From sequence record MT884006.2: a DNA stretch of 64,000 nt; one strand, 5' to 3'. The notes beneath the pieces were generated by a model. That model worked only from the letters and a program-made list of their open reading frames with translations, was not told the origin of the DNA and did no database searches. The stretch comes from Escherichia phage vb_EcoM_bov9_1. Of the stretch, positions 19,442 through 38,195 are shown piece after piece (position 1 is the stretch's first letter; each line of letters begins with the position of its first letter). A program made the position numbers and the translations under genes.

Positions 19442-20438
19442 TTCAAGTGTTATCTATCGTGCGATAGTTACTTCAAAATTTAGAACAGAAAAAATGTTGA
19501 ATTTTTATAATTCAATTGGAAGTGGTCCGGATAAAAACACTATCTTTATCACATTTGGAAGATCAGAACCGTGGTCATCAAATGAAAATGAGGTGGGCTT
19601 TGCCCCACCTTATCCTACCGATTCTGTATTAGGTGTAACTGACATGTGGACGCATATGATGGGAACAGTAAAAGTTCTTCCATCAATGCTTGATGCAGTT
19701 ATTCCTCGTCGAGATTGGGGAGATACTAGATATCCGGATCCATACACATTTAGAATTAACGATATTGTAGTGTGTAACTCAGCTCCTTACAACGCTACTG
19801 AATCAGGCGCGGGATGGTTAGTGTATCGCTGTTTAGATGTTCCTGATACTGGAATGTGCTCAATAGCATCTTTAACTAATAAGGATGAATGTCTTAAATT
19901 AGGTGGAAAATGGACTCCTTCTGCTAGGTCAATGACTCCTCCTGAAGGCCGAGGAGATGCTGAAGGAACAATTGAACCTGGGGACGGATATGTTTGGGAA
20001 TATTTATTTGAGATTCCGCCTGATGTATCTATAAATAGATGTACGAATGAATACATCGTGGTTCCTTGGCCTGAGGAATTAAAAGAAGACCCGACTAGAT
20101 GGGGATATGAAGATAATCTCACTTGGCAACAAGATGATTTTGGATTAATTTACCGTGTTAAGGCAAATACTATCCGTTTTAAAGCATATTTAGATTCAGT
20201 TTATTTTCCTGAAGCTGCATTGCCAGGAAATAAAGGATTTAGACAAATATCGATAATTACAAATCCTCTTGAAGCTAAAGTTCATCCAAATGATCCAAAC
20301 GTTAAAGCTGAAAAGGATTATTATGATCCTGAAGATTTAATGAGGCATTCGGGTGAAATGATTTATATGGAAAATAGGCCACCTATTATTATGGCAATGG
20401 ATCAGACAGAAGAAATCAATATTCTGTTTACATTTTAA
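19434..20438 (+). CDS. 8: gp8 baseplate wedge protein
   Basis: 334 aa ORF in conserved order. Confidence 0.9.
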   Translation: MNDSSVIYRAIVTSKFRTEKMLNFYNSIGSGPDKNTIFITFGRSEPWSSNENEVGFAPPYPTDSVLGVTDMWTHMMGTVKVLPSMLDAVIPRRDWGDTRYPDPYTFRINDIVVCNSAPYNATESGAGWLVYRCLDVPDTGMCSIASLTNKDECLKLGGKWTPSARSMTPPEGRGDAEGTIEPGDGYVWEYLFEIPPDVSINRCTNEYIVVPWPEELKEDPTRWGYEDNLTWQQDDFGLIYRVKANTIRFKAYLDSVYFPEAALPGNKGFRQISIITNPLEAKVHPNDPNVKAEKDYYDPEDLMRHSGEMIYMENRPPIIMAMDQTEEINILFTF

Positions 20439-20443
20439 ATTAA

Positions 20444-20470
20444 GGGAGCCCATGGGCTCCCTTTTTCTTT
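20444..20470 (+). terminator. Intrinsic terminator after gene 8
   Basis: GGGAGCCC-ATGG-GCTCCC hairpin followed by TTTTTCTTT. Confidence 0.65.
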
Positions 20471-20477
20471 ATAAATA
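20470..20477 (+). promoter_or_regulatory. Late promoter TATAAATA for gene 9
   Basis: Exact TATAAATA 25 nt upstream of ATG at 20502. Confidence 0.7.
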
Positions 20478-20501
20478 CTATAAACTCATAAGGAAACCGC
20501 T

Positions 20502-21368
20502 ATGTTCATTCAAGAACCAAAGAAATTGATTGATACCGGCGAAATTGGTAACGCTTCTACTGGTGATATCTTATTCGACGGTGGTAATAAAATTAATAGT
20601 GATTTTAACGCAATTTATAACGCGTTTGGCGATCAACGTAAAATGGCAGTAGCAAATGGCACTGGAGCTGATGGTCAAATTATCCATGCTACTGGATATT
20701 ATCAAAAACACTCTATCGCGGAGTACGCAACTCCAGTAAAAGTTGGCACTAGACATGATATTGATACTTCTACCGTAGGTGTTAAAGTTATCATTGAAAG
20801 AGGCGAACTTGGCGACTGCGTTGAATTTATTAACTCGAATGGATCAATATCAGTTACTAATCCTTTAACGATTCAAGCTATTGATTCAATTAAAGGCGTT
20901 TCAGGTAATTTAGTAGTAACTAGTCCATATAGTAAAGTTACTTTACGCTGCATTTCATCTGATAATTCTACGTCGGTTTGGAATTATTCTATTGAAAGTA
21001 TGTTTGGGCAAAAGGAATCACCAGCTGAAGGTACATGGAATATTTCTACATCTGGATCAGTTGACATTCCACTATTTCATCGCACTGAATACAATATGGC
21101 TAAATTGCTAGTTACGTGCCAATCAGTAGATGGAAGAAAAATTAAAACAGCAGAAATAAATATTCTTGTGGATATTGTTAATTCAGAGGTCATTTCTTCT
21201 GAATATGCTGTCATGCGAGTTGGGAATGAAACCGAAGAAGACGAAATCGCTAATATTGCATTTAGTATTAAAGAAAATTACGTAACGGCGACTATAAGTT
21301 CTTCAACTGTCGGTATGAGAGCAGCAGTTAAAGTTATCGCTACGCAGAAAATCGGGGTGGCTCAATAA
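20502..21368 (+). CDS. 9: gp9 baseplate protein, long tail fibre socket
   Basis: 288 aa ORF in conserved order. Confidence 0.9.
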   Translation: MFIQEPKKLIDTGEIGNASTGDILFDGGNKINSDFNAIYNAFGDQRKMAVANGTGADGQIIHATGYYQKHSIAEYATPVKVGTRHDIDTSTVGVKVIIERGELGDCVEFINSNGSISVTNPLTIQAIDSIKGVSGNLVVTSPYSKVTLRCISSDNSTSVWNYSIESMFGQKESPAEGTWNISTSGSVDIPLFHRTEYNMAKLLVTCQSVDGRKIKTAEINILVDIVNSEVISSEYAVMRVGNETEEDEIANIAFSIKENYVTATISSSTVGMRAAVKVIATQKIGVAQ

Positions 21369-23173
21369 TGAAACAAAATATTAATATCGGTAATGTTGTA
21401 GATGATGGTACCGGTGACTACCTGCGTAAAGGTGGTATAAAAATAAATGAAAACTTTGATGAGCTTTATTATGAACTCGGTGATGGTAATGTTCCATATT
21501 CAGCCGGTGCTTGGAAAACTTATAATGCTTCATCTGGGCAAACATTAAAAGCTGAATGGGGAAAATCATACGCTATTAATACTTCGTCTGGAAGAGTAAC
21601 ACTGCAACTTCCTAAAGGAACTGTTAATGATTATAATAAAGTAATTAGAGCTAGGGATGTATTTGCAACATGGAATGTTAATCCAGTTACTTTAGTAGCC
21701 GCTTCTGGTGATACTATCAAAGGATCATCGTCATCGGTTGAAATTAACGTTCAATTTAGTGATTTAGAGCTAGTTTATTGCGCTCCTGGCCGTTGGGAAT
21801 ATGTCAAAAATAAACAAATTGACAAAATTATTAGTTCAGACATTAGCAATGTAGCTCGTAAAGAATTTTTAGTCGAAGTTCAAGGACAAACAGACTTTTT
21901 AGATATTTTCCGTGGAACTAGTTATAATGTTAATAACATCAGAGTAAAACACCGCGGTAATGAATTGTATTACGGCGATGTTTTTAGCGAAAATAGCGAC
22001 TTTGGTTCTCCTGGAGAAAATGAAGGCGAATTAGTTCCTCTTGATGGATTTAATATTCGATTAAGACAGCCTTGTAATATTGGTGACACTGTTCAAATTG
22101 AAACATTTATGGATGGTGTATCACAATGGAGAAGTTCATATACAAGACGCCAAATAAAAGTATTAGATTCAAAATTAACGTCAAAAACTTCTTTAGAAGG
22201 AAGTATTTACGTTACTGATTTATCAACAATGAAATCAATTCCATTCTCTGCATTTGGATTAATTCCTGGAGAACCTATTAATCCTAATTCTCTTGAAGTT
22301 CGTTTTAATGGAATTTTACAACAACAAGCTGGAACAGCTGGATATCCTCTGTTTTTGTGTGAAGGCGCTAGTTCAGATACGCAAGAAGGATGTATATCTC
22401 TTGGTGGTGAATGGAAAGAATCAAACACAGATTATTCTATAGAATATGAAGATGGAAAACCTACCAGTCTTTTATTTGATAGAAAATTTGAATCAGGCGA
22501 TATAATCGTTATAACGTGGTTCAATAATGATTTAGGAACTCTTTTAGAAAAAGATGACATCATTGAATTGACTGATGACCGTTATGTTAGCAAAGGATCA
22601 TCTACCGAAGTTACTGGTGATGTAGCCTTAACAGATTTTGATAAAATCGGTTGGCCAAATGTTGAAAAAGTTGATTCTTATACTAGAACGTATAATTCAA
22701 TATCATCTATTTTCGATAGCATTTATCCTGTAGGTTCAATTTATGAAAATGCTATAAATCCAAATAATCCGGTGACTTATATGGGATTTGGTTCATGGAA
22801 ATTATTTGGTAAAGGACAAGTTTTAGTAGGATGGAATGATGATGTTACGGATCCAAACTTTGCTTTAAACAATAATGATTTAGATTCTAGCGGAAATCCT
22901 TCACATACTGCCGGTGGAACAGTTGGAACAACATCAGTAACGCTTGAAAACGCAAATCTTCCTGCAACTAAAACCGACGAAAGAGTTTTAATTGAAGACG
23001 AAAATGGATCGGTTATTATTGGAGGTTGCCAATATGACCCAGATGAAACTGGTCCTATATATACAAAATATCGTGAAGACTACGCAACAACAAACTCTTC
23101 ACATACTCCTCCTGCTAATATTAGTAATATTCAACCGTCTATTACTGTATACCGTTGGATAAGGATTGCATAA
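21368..23173 (+). CDS. 10: gp10 baseplate wedge / short tail fibre attachment
   Basis: 601 aa ORF in conserved order. Confidence 0.9.
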   Translation: MKQNINIGNVVDDGTGDYLRKGGIKINENFDELYYELGDGNVPYSAGAWKTYNASSGQTLKAEWGKSYAINTSSGRVTLQLPKGTVNDYNKVIRARDVFATWNVNPVTLVAASGDTIKGSSSSVEINVQFSDLELVYCAPGRWEYVKNKQIDKIISSDISNVARKEFLVEVQGQTDFLDIFRGTSYNVNNIRVKHRGNELYYGDVFSENSDFGSPGENEGELVPLDGFNIRLRQPCNIGDTVQIETFMDGVSQWRSSYTRRQIKVLDSKLTSKTSLEGSIYVTDLSTMKSIPFSAFGLIPGEPINPNSLEVRFNGILQQQAGTAGYPLFLCEGASSDTQEGCISLGGEWKESNTDYSIEYEDGKPTSLLFDRKFESGDIIVITWFNNDLGTLLEKDDIIELTDDRYVSKGSSTEVTGDVALTDFDKIGWPNVEKVDSYTRTYNSISSIFDSIYPVGSIYENAINPNNPVTYMGFGSWKLFGKGQVLVGWNDDVTDPNFALNNNDLDSSGNPSHTAGGTVGTTSVTLENANLPATKTDERVLIEDENGSVIIGGCQYDPDETGPIYTKYREDYATTNSSHTPPANISNIQPSITVYRWIRIA

Positions 23174-23832
23174 TGAGTTTACTTAATAATAAAGCGGGAG
23201 TTATTTCCCGCTTAGCAGATTTTCTTGGTTTTAGAACTAAGAAAAATGATATTTCGGTTATGAATAATCAGCCAGTAGGTGCTGTAACAATTTCACAAAT
23301 AGCAAAAGGTTTTTATGACCCAAATGTAGAATCTGCTATTAATGATGTTAGAAATATGGCAGAGCAACAGGTTGGAGCTGTATTAGTTAATATAAGCGGC
23401 GTATCTCCTACTGGAGTGCAACAAACAGACTACTGGTCATTTGAAGGAACTGTCAATGATACTTCAGCCAAACCGGGTGACACAGTTATTGTTAACATGT
23501 TTGGTATTCCAGTTAAAGCTACTAATGGAATGACTTCAATCGAATTTACCAGTGCCGTTAGAACAGCTCTACAGGAAATGGTTGCAAAATTTATTGCAAT
23601 TGATTCATTTGAAGACCATCCTACCATAGGAAATAAAATACAAGTTAAGTATTTAGATAACCAAGAACATATCTTAGAACAATACTCTGATAAAGGAATT
23701 ACTTTCAAACAAGAAATAATTTCTCCTTCTAAACCTGGATACGGAACTTGGCAATTATTAGGTGCGCAAACTGTCACGCTAGATAGTCACACACAACCTA
23801 CGGTATTTTATTATTTTGAGAGAATAGCATGA
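23155..23832 (+). CDS. 11: gp11 baseplate wedge / short tail fibre connector
   Basis: 225 aa ORF in conserved order. Confidence 0.85.
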   Translation: MDKDCIMSLLNNKAGVISRLADFLGFRTKKNDISVMNNQPVGAVTISQIAKGFYDPNVESAINDVRNMAEQQVGAVLVNISGVSPTGVQQTDYWSFEGTVNDTSAKPGDTVIVNMFGIPVKATNGMTSIEFTSAVRTALQEMVAKFIAIDSFEDHPTIGNKIQVKYLDNQEHILEQYSDKGITFKQEIISPSKPGYGTWQLLGAQTVTLDSHTQPTVFYYFERIA

Positions 23833-25379
23833 GTAACAATACATATCAGCACGTATCAAATGAATCAAAATACGTTAAATTCGATCCTGTAGGATCGAAT
23901 TTTCCTGACACTGTCACGACAGTGCAGTCTGCATTATCAAAAATAAGTAATATCGGCGTAAATGGTATTCCTGATGCAACTATGGAAGTTAAAGGAATAG
24001 CAATGATTGCGTCAGAGCAAGAGGTTTTAGATGGAACTAATAATTCTAAAATCGTTACACCAGCTACATTAGCAACAAGATTATTGTATCCAAATGCTAC
24101 TGAAACTAAGTATGGTTTAACGCGCTATTCAACAAATGAAGAAACATTAGAAGGCTCAGATAATAATTCATCAATAACGCCGCAAAAACTGAAATACCAT
24201 ACTGACGATGTGTTCCAAAATAGATATTCGTCTGAGTCATCAAACGGGGTTATTAAAATATCATCTACACCTGCAGCTTTAGCTGGAGTAGATGATACTA
24301 CGGCAATGACTCCGCTAAAAACACAAAAACTTGCAATAAAATTAATTTCGCAAATAGCTCCTTCAGAAGACACAGCATCAGAATCTGTTAGAGGCGTAGT
24401 TCAGTTATCAACTGTCGCTCAAACTCGTCAAGGAACTCTCCGCGAAGGATATGCAATTTCTCCGTATACCTTTATGAATTCTGTTGCAACACAAGAATAT
24501 AAGGGTGTTATACGTTTAGGAACACAATCGGAAATTAACAGTAATTTGGGAGATGTTGCTGTAACAGGTGAAACATTAAATGGTCGAGGAGCTACCGGTT
24601 CTATGCGTGGGGTAGTAAAATTAACGACGCAAGCCGGTATTGCCCCTGAAGGTGATAGCTCTGGTGCATTAGCATGGAACGCAGATGTAATTAATACTCG
24701 TGGTGGACAAACTATTAATGGTTCTTTAAATTTAGACCATCTTACAGCAAACGGAATTTGGTCGCGCGGCGGAATGTGGAAAAATGGCGATCAACCTGTT
24801 GCCACTGAAAGATATGCGTCCGAAAGGGTTCCAGTTGGAACTATTATGATGTTTGCTGGAGATTCAGCTCCTCCTGGTTGGATTATGTGCCATGGTGGAA
24901 CTGTGTCAGGAGATCAATATCCTGATTATAGAAACACTGTTGGAACAAGATTTGGTGGGGATTGGAATAATCCAGGGATTCCTGATATGCGAGGTCTTTT
25001 TGTTAGAGGAGCGGGCACCGGTGGTCATATTTTAAATCAACGAGGACAAGATGGTTATGGGAAGGATAGACTTGGTGTAGGATGTGATGGAATGCATGTT
25101 GGCGGTGTTCAAGCACAACAAATGTCATACCATAAACATGCTGGTGGTTGGGGAGAATATAACAGAAGTGAAGGTCCATTTGGCGCGTCTGTTTATCAAG
25201 GATATCTTGGAACTAGAAAATATGCCGACTGGGATAACGCTTCATACTTCACCAATGATGGATTTGAATTAGGTGGACCGAGAGATGCCCTTGGTACACT
25301 TAATCGTGAAGGATTAATTGGTTATGAAACTAGACCATGGAATATATCATTAAACTATATTATTAAAATTCATTACTAA
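23829..25379 (+). CDS. 12: gp12 short tail fibre
   Basis: 516 aa, N-terminal repeat-rich fibre shaft and C-terminal receptor-binding region. Confidence 0.9.
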   Translation: MSNNTYQHVSNESKYVKFDPVGSNFPDTVTTVQSALSKISNIGVNGIPDATMEVKGIAMIASEQEVLDGTNNSKIVTPATLATRLLYPNATETKYGLTRYSTNEETLEGSDNNSSITPQKLKYHTDDVFQNRYSSESSNGVIKISSTPAALAGVDDTTAMTPLKTQKLAIKLISQIAPSEDTASESVRGVVQLSTVAQTRQGTLREGYAISPYTFMNSVATQEYKGVIRLGTQSEINSNLGDVAVTGETLNGRGATGSMRGVVKLTTQAGIAPEGDSSGALAWNADVINTRGGQTINGSLNLDHLTANGIWSRGGMWKNGDQPVATERYASERVPVGTIMMFAGDSAPPGWIMCHGGTVSGDQYPDYRNTVGTRFGGDWNNPGIPDMRGLFVRGAGTGGHILNQRGQDGYGKDRLGVGCDGMHVGGVQAQQMSYHKHAGGWGEYNRSEGPFGASVYQGYLGTRKYADWDNASYFTNDGFELGGPRDALGTLNREGLIGYETRPWNISLNYIIKIHY

Positions 25380-25388
25380 GGATTACAA

Positions 25389-26846
25389 ATGATTGAATTA
25401 AAAGATTTACCTTTTGTTGATAGCGTTCCTGGCGAAGGTCAGGAACGTATTTCATGGATTAAAAATGGTGAAGAAATACTAGGAGCTAGTACTAAGTATG
25501 GAAACGATGGATCAATGAATAGACCAACTGTTTCCGTGTTTAAAAATGTCGAAGTTCTTGATGAAAATGTGGGAATTCTTAAAACTGCCGTTGAAACATC
25601 ACAGGAAGATATTAAAACAATTCAAGGCATTTTAGATGTATCAGGAGATATAGAAGCACTATCGCAGATCAGCGTTAATAAAAATGATATATCAAATTTA
25701 AAGACACTCACAAATGAACATACTGATATATTAAATGGTACAAATACCACAGTTGACCGCATTCTTTCTGATATAGGTCCATTTAATGAGCAAGCAAATT
25801 CAGTTTATAGAACGATTAGAAATGATTTGCTGTGGATTAAAAGGGAATTAGGACAATATGCTGGACAAGATATTAATGGTCTTCCTGTTGTAGGAAATAA
25901 CAGCACAGGAATGAAGCACCGCATCATTAATAATACAGATGCTATAACTTCGCAAGGAATACGTCTAAGTGATTTAGAAGAAAAATTTATTGAATCTGAT
26001 GTAGGTTCGCTTACAATCGAAGTAGGAAATCTTAGACAGGAATTAGGACAAAGACCATCTTCATTTAGTGAAAGCATATATTCGCGTGTGCATAATTTAG
26101 ACCAAGCACAAATTGATCTAAATTCTGAAATTAAATTTATAAAAACTTCTATTGGATATCCAGGAAATACTTCTATAATCACAGATGTCAATGTCAATAG
26201 TCAAGAAATTTCAGCTTTAAATGATGAACTAAATAAAAGCGGAGGTGTTAAACAACGATTAACTATTATCGAAACATCGATTGGTTCAGATGATATTCCT
26301 TCTAGTATTAAAGGTCGAATTAAAGATAATACTACTTCTATTGAATCTTTAAATGGAATTGTAGGTGAAAACACCTCGTCTGGTTTAAGAGCCAATGTTT
26401 CATGGTTAAACCAAATTGTTGGAACTGATTCTAGCGGTGGACAACCTTCTCCTCCTGGGTCTCTTTTAAATAGAGTTTCAACTGTTGAAACCTCTGTTAA
26501 TAGACTTAACAATGATGTTCAAAACTTACAGGTTGAAATTGGTAATAACAATTCCGGAATTAAAGGGCAAGTTGTAACACTAAATAAATTAGTAAATGGA
26601 ACAAATCCGAATGGTTCAACTGTCGAAGAACGCGGATTGACTAATTCAATAAAAGCTAATGAGACTAACATTTCTTCAATTAATCAAGAGATTCGTAGTA
26701 TTAAAGGTAATGTGTCCTCATTGCAGAGGGATGTCCAGACTTTACAAGAAGCTGGTTATATTCCTGAAGCTCCAAAAGATGGTCAAGCTTACGTTCGTAA
26801 AGACGGCGAATGGGTATTGCTTTCTACCTTTTTATCACCAGCATAA
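25389..26846 (+). CDS. wac: Fibritin (whisker) with C-terminal foldon
   Basis: 485 aa coiled-coil protein ending [30 protein letters not shown] (foldon). Confidence 0.95.
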   Translation: MIELKDLPFVDSVPGEGQERISWIKNGEEILGASTKYGNDGSMNRPTVSVFKNVEVLDENVGILKTAVETSQEDIKTIQGILDVSGDIEALSQISVNKNDISNLKTLTNEHTDILNGTNTTVDRILSDIGPFNEQANSVYRTIRNDLLWIKRELGQYAGQDINGLPVVGNNSTGMKHRIINNTDAITSQGIRLSDLEEKFIESDVGSLTIEVGNLRQELGQRPSSFSESIYSRVHNLDQAQIDLNSEIKFIKTSIGYPGNTSIITDVNVNSQEISALNDELNKSGGVKQRLTIIETSIGSDDIPSSIKGRIKDNTTSIESLNGIVGENTSSGLRANVSWLNQIVGTDSSGGQPSPPGSLLNRVSTVETSVNRLNNDVQNLQVEIGNNNSGIKGQVVTLNKLVNGTNPNGSTVEERGLTNSIKANETNISSINQEIRSIKGNVSSLQRDVQTLQEAGYIPEAPKDGQAYVRKDGEWVLLSTFLSPA

Positions 26847-26877
26847 CATGGGGCCGCAAGGCCCTAAAGGATTTTAA

Positions 26878-28579
<1,702 letters not shown>

Positions 28580-28620
28580 TAAATATTATAAACTAATTAA
28601 AGCCCAGATTAGGAGAAATC

Positions 28621-31758
<3,138 letters not shown>

Positions 31759-31789
31759 ATATATTAAAGCATATTAAAGAGGATTAAAA

Positions 31790-33769
31790 ATGACTTTATT
31801 ATCTCCGGGCATTGAGCTCAAAGAAACTACGGTTCAAAGCACCGTGGTTAATAACTCTACTGGTACAGCAGCTTTGGCCGGTAAATTCCAGTGGGGTCCT
31901 GCTTTTCAGATTAAACAGGTTACAAATGAAGTAGATTTAGTTAATACTTTTGGTCAACCAACCGCTGAAACTGCTGACTATTTTATGTCTGCGATGAATT
32001 TCTTGCAGTACGGAAATGACTTACGAGTTGTTCGTGCTGTTGATAGAGATACCGCTAAAAACTCATCGCCAATTGCTGGTAATATTGAATACACAATTTC
32101 TACACCAGGTAGTAACTATGCAGTTGGAGATAAAATCACGGTCAAATATGTTTCAGATGATATTGAAACTGAAGGTAAAATTACCGAAGTAGACGCAGAT
32201 GGAAAAATTAAGAAAATTAATATTCCTACTGCAAAAATTATCGCTAAAGCGAAAGAAGTCGGTGAATATCCAGCACTAGGTTCTAACTGGACTGCAGAAA
32301 TTTCTTCGTCTTCCTCTGGTTTAGCTGCAGTAATAACTCTTGGAAAAATTATTACTGATTCTGGTATTTTATTAGCTGAAATTGAAAATGCTGAAGCTGC
32401 TATGACAGCTGTTGACTTTCAAGCAAGTCTCGAAAAATATGGAATTCCAGGAGTAGTAGCTCTTTATCCAGGCGAATTAGGCGATAAAATTGAAATTGAA
32501 ATCGTATCTAAAGCTGACTATGCAAAAGGAGCTTCTGCATTACTCCCAATTTATCCAGGTGGTGGTACTCGTGCATCTACTGCCAAAGCAGTGTTTGGAT
32601 ATGGGCCGCAGACTGACTCACAGTACGCTATTATAGTTCGTCGAAATGATGCTATTGTTCAAAGCGTTGTTCTTTCAACTAAGCGTGGTGAAAAAGATAT
32701 TTACGATAGTAACATCTATATCGATGACTTTTTCGCAAAAGGCGGCTCAGAATATATTTTTGCAACTGCACAAAACTGGCCAGAAGGCTTCTCTGGAATT
32801 TTAACTCTGTCTGGTGGATTATCATCAAATGCTGAAGTAACAGCAGGAGATTTGATGGAAGCTTGGGACTTCTTTGCTGACCGTGAATCTGTTGATGTTC
32901 AACTGTTTATTGCGGGTTCTTGTGCCGGTGAATCTTTGGAAACAGCATCTACTGTCCAAAAACACGTCGTTTCAATTGGTGATGCTCGCCAGGATTGCTT
33001 AGTATTGTGCTCACCACCGCGTGAAACTGTAGTTGGAATTCCTGTAACCCGTGCTGTTGACAACTTAGTCAATTGGAGAACTGCCGCAGGTTCATATACT
33101 GATAATAACTTTAATATTAGTTCAACCTACGCAGCAATTGATGGTAACTACAAATATCAGTATGACAAATATAATGATGTGAATCGTTGGGTTCCATTAG
33201 CAGCTGATATTGCTGGTTTATGCGCAAGAACTGATAACGTATCTCAGACTTGGATGTCACCAGCTGGTTATAATCGTGGCCAGATTCTTAACGTTATTAA
33301 ACTTGCTATTGAAACTCGCCAGGCACAACGTGACCGCTTATATCAAGAAGCTATCAACCCAGTAACTGGTACAGGTGGTGATGGTTACGTATTGTATGGT
33401 GATAAAACAGCTACTTCTGTTCCTTCTCCATTTGATCGTATTAACGTTCGTCGTCTGTTTAATATGTTGAAAACGAATATCGGACGTAGTTCAAAATATC
33501 GTTTGTTTGAATTAAACAACGCGTTTACTCGTTCTTCATTCCGTACAGAAACTGCTCAGTACTTGCAAGGAATTAAAGCTCTCGGTGGAATTTATGAATA
33601 TCGTGTAGTTTGCGATACAACAAATAACACTCCGTCAGTAATTGATAGAAATGAGTTTGTTGCAACATTCTACATCCAACCGGCGCGCAGTATAAATTAT
33701 ATCCAGCTTAACTTCGTTGCGACTGCTACTGGTGCAGATTTCGATGAGTTAACTGGTCTTGCTGGTTAA
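31790..33769 (+). CDS. 18: gp18 tail sheath protein
   Basis: 659 aa ORF in conserved order. Confidence 0.95.
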   Translation: MTLLSPGIELKETTVQSTVVNNSTGTAALAGKFQWGPAFQIKQVTNEVDLVNTFGQPTAETADYFMSAMNFLQYGNDLRVVRAVDRDTAKNSSPIAGNIEYTISTPGSNYAVGDKITVKYVSDDIETEGKITEVDADGKIKKINIPTAKIIAKAKEVGEYPALGSNWTAEISSSSSGLAAVITLGKIITDSGILLAEIENAEAAMTAVDFQASLEKYGIPGVVALYPGELGDKIEIEIVSKADYAKGASALLPIYPGGGTRASTAKAVFGYGPQTDSQYAIIVRRNDAIVQSVVLSTKRGEKDIYDSNIYIDDFFAKGGSEYIFATAQNWPEGFSGILTLSGGLSSNAEVTAGDLMEAWDFFADRESVDVQLFIAGSCAGESLETASTVQKHVVSIGDARQDCLVLCSPPRETVVGIPVTRAVDNLVNWRTAAGSYTDNNFNISSTYAAIDGNYKYQYDKYNDVNRWVPLAADIAGLCARTDNVSQTWMSPAGYNRGQILNVIKLAIETRQAQRDRLYQEAINPVTGTGGDGYVLYGDKTATSVPSPFDRINVRRLFNMLKTNIGRSSKYRLFELNNAFTRSSFRTETAQYLQGIKALGGIYEYRVVCDTTNNTPSVIDRNEFVATFYIQPARSINYIQLNFVATATGADFDELTGLAG

Positions 33770-33804
33770 TACGGTGCATTCTAAAGGCCTGTTTCGACAG
33801 GCCA

Positions 33805-33812
33805 TATAAATA
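33805..33812 (+). promoter_or_regulatory. Late promoter TATAAATA (distal) for gene 19
   Basis: Exact TATAAATA immediately after the GGCCTGT-TTCG-ACAGGCC hairpin at 33786..33803. Confidence 0.6.
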
Positions 33813-33863
33813 CACTATATCCTTAATTCTTTAATTCTATATGCCCTAGGTTAAACATAGGGA

Positions 33864-33871
33864 TATAAATA
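33864..33871 (+). promoter_or_regulatory. Late promoter TATAAATA (proximal) for gene 19
   Basis: Exact TATAAATA 15 nt upstream of ATG at 33886. Confidence 0.65.
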
Positions 33872-33885
33872 CTACAGAGGCTAAT

Positions 33886-34377
33886 ATGTTTGTAGATGAT
33901 GTAACACGAGCGTTTGAATCTGGTGATTTTGCTCGACCTAACTTATTCCAAGTAGAAATTTCTTATCTTGGACAAAATTTTACGTTCCAATGTAAAGCCA
34001 CTGCTTTACCAGCTGGTATTGTAGAAAAAATTCCAGTCGGATTTATGAACCGTAAAATTAACGTGGCAGGCGATCGTACATTCGATGACTGGACTGTTAC
34101 AGTAATGAACGATGAAGCTCATGATGCTCGCCAGAAGTTTGTTGATTGGCAAAGCATTGCCGCAGGACAAGGAAACGAAATTACTGGTGGAAAACCTGCA
34201 GAGTATAAAAAGAGCGCTATTGTTCGTCAATATGCTCGTGATGCTAAAACAGTAACAAAAGAAATTGAAATTAAAGGTCTGTGGCCTACTAACGTGGGTG
34301 AACTTCAATTAGATTGGGATTCAAACAATGAAATCCAAACCTTTGAAGTAACTCTTGCTCTCGATTATTGGGAATAA
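33886..34377 (+). CDS. 19: gp19 tail tube protein
   Basis: 163 aa ORF in conserved order. Confidence 0.95.
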   Translation: MFVDDVTRAFESGDFARPNLFQVEISYLGQNFTFQCKATALPAGIVEKIPVGFMNRKINVAGDRTFDDWTVTVMNDEAHDARQKFVDWQSIAAGQGNEITGGKPAEYKKSAIVRQYARDAKTVTKEIEIKGLWPTNVGELQLDWDSNNEIQTFEVTLALDYWE

Positions 34378-34409
34378 AATGAATGGGGAGAAATCCCCAT
34401 CCTGCTTAA

Positions 34410-36034
<1,625 letters not shown>

Positions 36035-36035
<1 letters not shown>

Positions 36036-36274
36036 TGGAAGGTTTAATTGAAGCTATTAAATCAAACGACCTCGTAGCCGCTCGTAAATTATTTGCTGAA
36101 GCCATGGCTGCAAGAACGACTGATTTAATCAAAGAAGAAAAAATCACTATCGCTCGTAATTTCTTAATCGAGGGTGAAGAACCTGATGACGAGGATGAAG
36201 ATGACGACGACGATAATGATGATAAAGACGACAAAAAAGACAAAGACTCTGACGAAGACGAGGATGATGAATAA
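36035..36274 (+). CDS. 67: gp67 prohead core protein
   Basis: 79 aa with strongly acidic D/E-rich C-terminus. Confidence 0.85.
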
Positions 36275-36699
36275 TGATTCTAATCCCTGAAACTCATGAA
36301 TTAGTTCTCGAGAATGTCGAAGCACTTATTCCTGAAGCACAGGGTCGCTTTGACGAGTTGTCTTCTGCTTTAAATAAAGACGATATAAATAAAATTATCG
36401 AGAATATGCTTGATGATGAAACTGATTTAGCGGTTGCATTAGCTTCTATTAATGAAAATATGCCGTTAAATGAATTCATCGTTAAACATGTTTCTGCCCG
36501 TGGTGAAATTACTCGCACTAAAGATCGCAAAACCCGCGAACGTAATGCATTTCAAACTACCGGGTTGTCTAAAGCAAAACGTAGACAAATTGCTCGTAAA
36601 GCTACCAAAACGAAGATTGCCAATCCAGCAGGTCAATCTCGTGCTCAGCGTAAGCGTAAAAAAGCTCTTAAACGCCGTAAAGCATTAGGATTAAGCTAA
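36274..36699 (+). CDS. 68: gp68 prohead core protein
   Basis: 141 aa with basic C-terminus, in conserved order. Confidence 0.85.
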   Translation: MILIPETHELVLENVEALIPEAQGRFDELSSALNKDDINKIIENMLDDETDLAVALASINENMPLNEFIVKHVSARGEITRTKDRKTRERNAFQTTGLSKAKRRQIARKATKTKIANPAGQSRAQRKRKKALKRRKALGLS

Positions 36700-37337
36700 T
36701 GAATGAACCCCAATTACTAATTGAAACTTGGGGTCAACCTGGCGAAATTATTGATGGCGTACCAATGCTTGAATCTCATGATGGAAAAGACTTAGGTTTA
36801 AAACCTGGTTTATACATCGAAGGAATATTTATGCAAGCGGAAGTCGTCAATAGAAATAAACGTCTTTATCCAAAACGTATATTAGAAAAAGCGGTAAAAG
36901 ACTATATCAATGAGCAAGTTTTAACTAAACAAGCTCTCGGAGAATTAAATCATCCTCCACGCGCTAATGTTGACCCAATGCAAGCCGCTATCATTATAGA
37001 AGATATGTGGTGGAAAGGAAATGACGTATACGGACGAGCTCGTGTTATTGAAGGTGACCACGGTCCTGGAGATAAATTAGCAGCTAATATTCGTGCCGGA
37101 TGGATTCCAGGAGTTTCTTCTCGTGGATTAGGTTCATTGACTGACACAAATGAAGGTTATCGTATCGTAAACGAAGGATTCAAATTAACTGTAGGTGTTG
37201 ATGCAGTATGGGGTCCAAGTGCTCCAGATGCATGGGTAACTCCTAAGGAAATTACCGAATCACAGACGGCGGAAGCCGATACAAGTGCCGATGACGCCTA
37301 TATGGCTCTCGCAGAGGCCATGAAAAAAGCGTTATAA
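36699..37337 (+). CDS. 21: gp21 prohead core protein / maturation protease
   Basis: 212 aa ORF in conserved order. Confidence 0.9.
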   Translation: MNEPQLLIETWGQPGEIIDGVPMLESHDGKDLGLKPGLYIEGIFMQAEVVNRNKRLYPKRILEKAVKDYINEQVLTKQALGELNHPPRANVDPMQAAIIIEDMWWKGNDVYGRARVIEGDHGPGDKLAANIRAGWIPGVSSRGLGSLTDTNEGYRIVNEGFKLTVGVDAVWGPSAPDAWVTPKEITESQTAEADTSADDAYMALAEAMKKAL

Positions 37338-37367
37338 ATATTATTATCTAAACAACAGGACTACAAA

Positions 37368-38177
37368 ATGCTTAAAGAACAACTGATTGCCGAAGCGCAG
37401 AAAATTGATGCTTCCGTTGCTCTTGATAGTATTTTCGAATCAGTTAATATTTCTCCGGAAGCAAAAGAAACTTTCGGCACTGTATTCGAAGCTACCGTCA
37501 AGCAGCACGCCGTTAAATTAGCTGAATCTCATATCGCTAAAATTGCTGAAAAAGCAGAAGAAGAAGTAGAAAAAAATAAAGAAGAAGCAGAAGAAAAAGC
37601 TGAGAAGAAAATCGCTGAGCAAGCTTCTAAATTCCTTGACCATCTTGCAAAAGAATGGCTCACTGAAAATAAATTAGCAGTAGATAAAGGTATCAAAGCC
37701 GAACTGTTTGAATCCATGCTTGGTGGATTGAAAGAGCTCTTCGTTGAACACAACGTTGTTGTTCCAGAAGAATCAGTTGATGTTGTAGCTGAAATGGAAG
37801 AAGAGCTGCAAGAACATAAAGAAGAATCAGCTCGTCTGTTCGAAGAACTCAATAAGCGTGACGCATATATCAATTATGTGCAGCGTGAAGTGGCATTGAG
37901 CGAAAGTACTAAAGATCTGACTGAGTCTCAAAAAGAAAAAGTCTCTGCTCTGGTCGAAGGTATGGATTATTCAGATGCATTCTCAAGTAAATTGAGTGCA
38001 ATCGTAGAAATGGTGAAGAAGTCTAATAAAGATGAAAGCACTATTGCTGAGGGTATAAATACTCCTGATACTGAAGCAGCCGGACTAAATTTCGTCACTG
38101 AAGCTGTAGAAGATAAATCTGCACAAGGTGCAGAAGATATTGTAAGTGTATATGCGAAAGTCGCATCTCGTTTCTAA
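37368..38177 (+). CDS. 22: gp22 prohead core scaffold protein
   Basis: 269 aa coiled-coil E/K-rich protein in conserved order. Confidence 0.9.
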   Translation: MLKEQLIAEAQKIDASVALDSIFESVNISPEAKETFGTVFEATVKQHAVKLAESHIAKIAEKAEEEVEKNKEEAEEKAEKKIAEQASKFLDHLAKEWLTENKLAVDKGIKAELFESMLGGLKELFVEHNVVVPEESVDVVAEMEEELQEHKEESARLFEELNKRDAYINYVQREVALSESTKDLTESQKEKVSALVEGMDYSDAFSSKLSAIVEMVKKSNKDESTIAEGINTPDTEAAGLNFVTEAVEDKSAQGAEDIVSVYAKVASRF

Positions 38178-38195
38178 TTTTAAAGGTTAACACAA

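Noticed and set aside
33845-33863. Short inverted repeat CCCTAG...CTAGGG between the two gene 19 late promoters
   Set aside because: Only a 5 bp stem with a 9 nt loop; too weak to call a regulatory hairpin without further evidence.
37529-37873. 114 aa minus-strand Ser-rich ORF inside gene 22
   Set aside because: Antisense to the E/K-rich scaffold coding sequence; low complexity, no start context.
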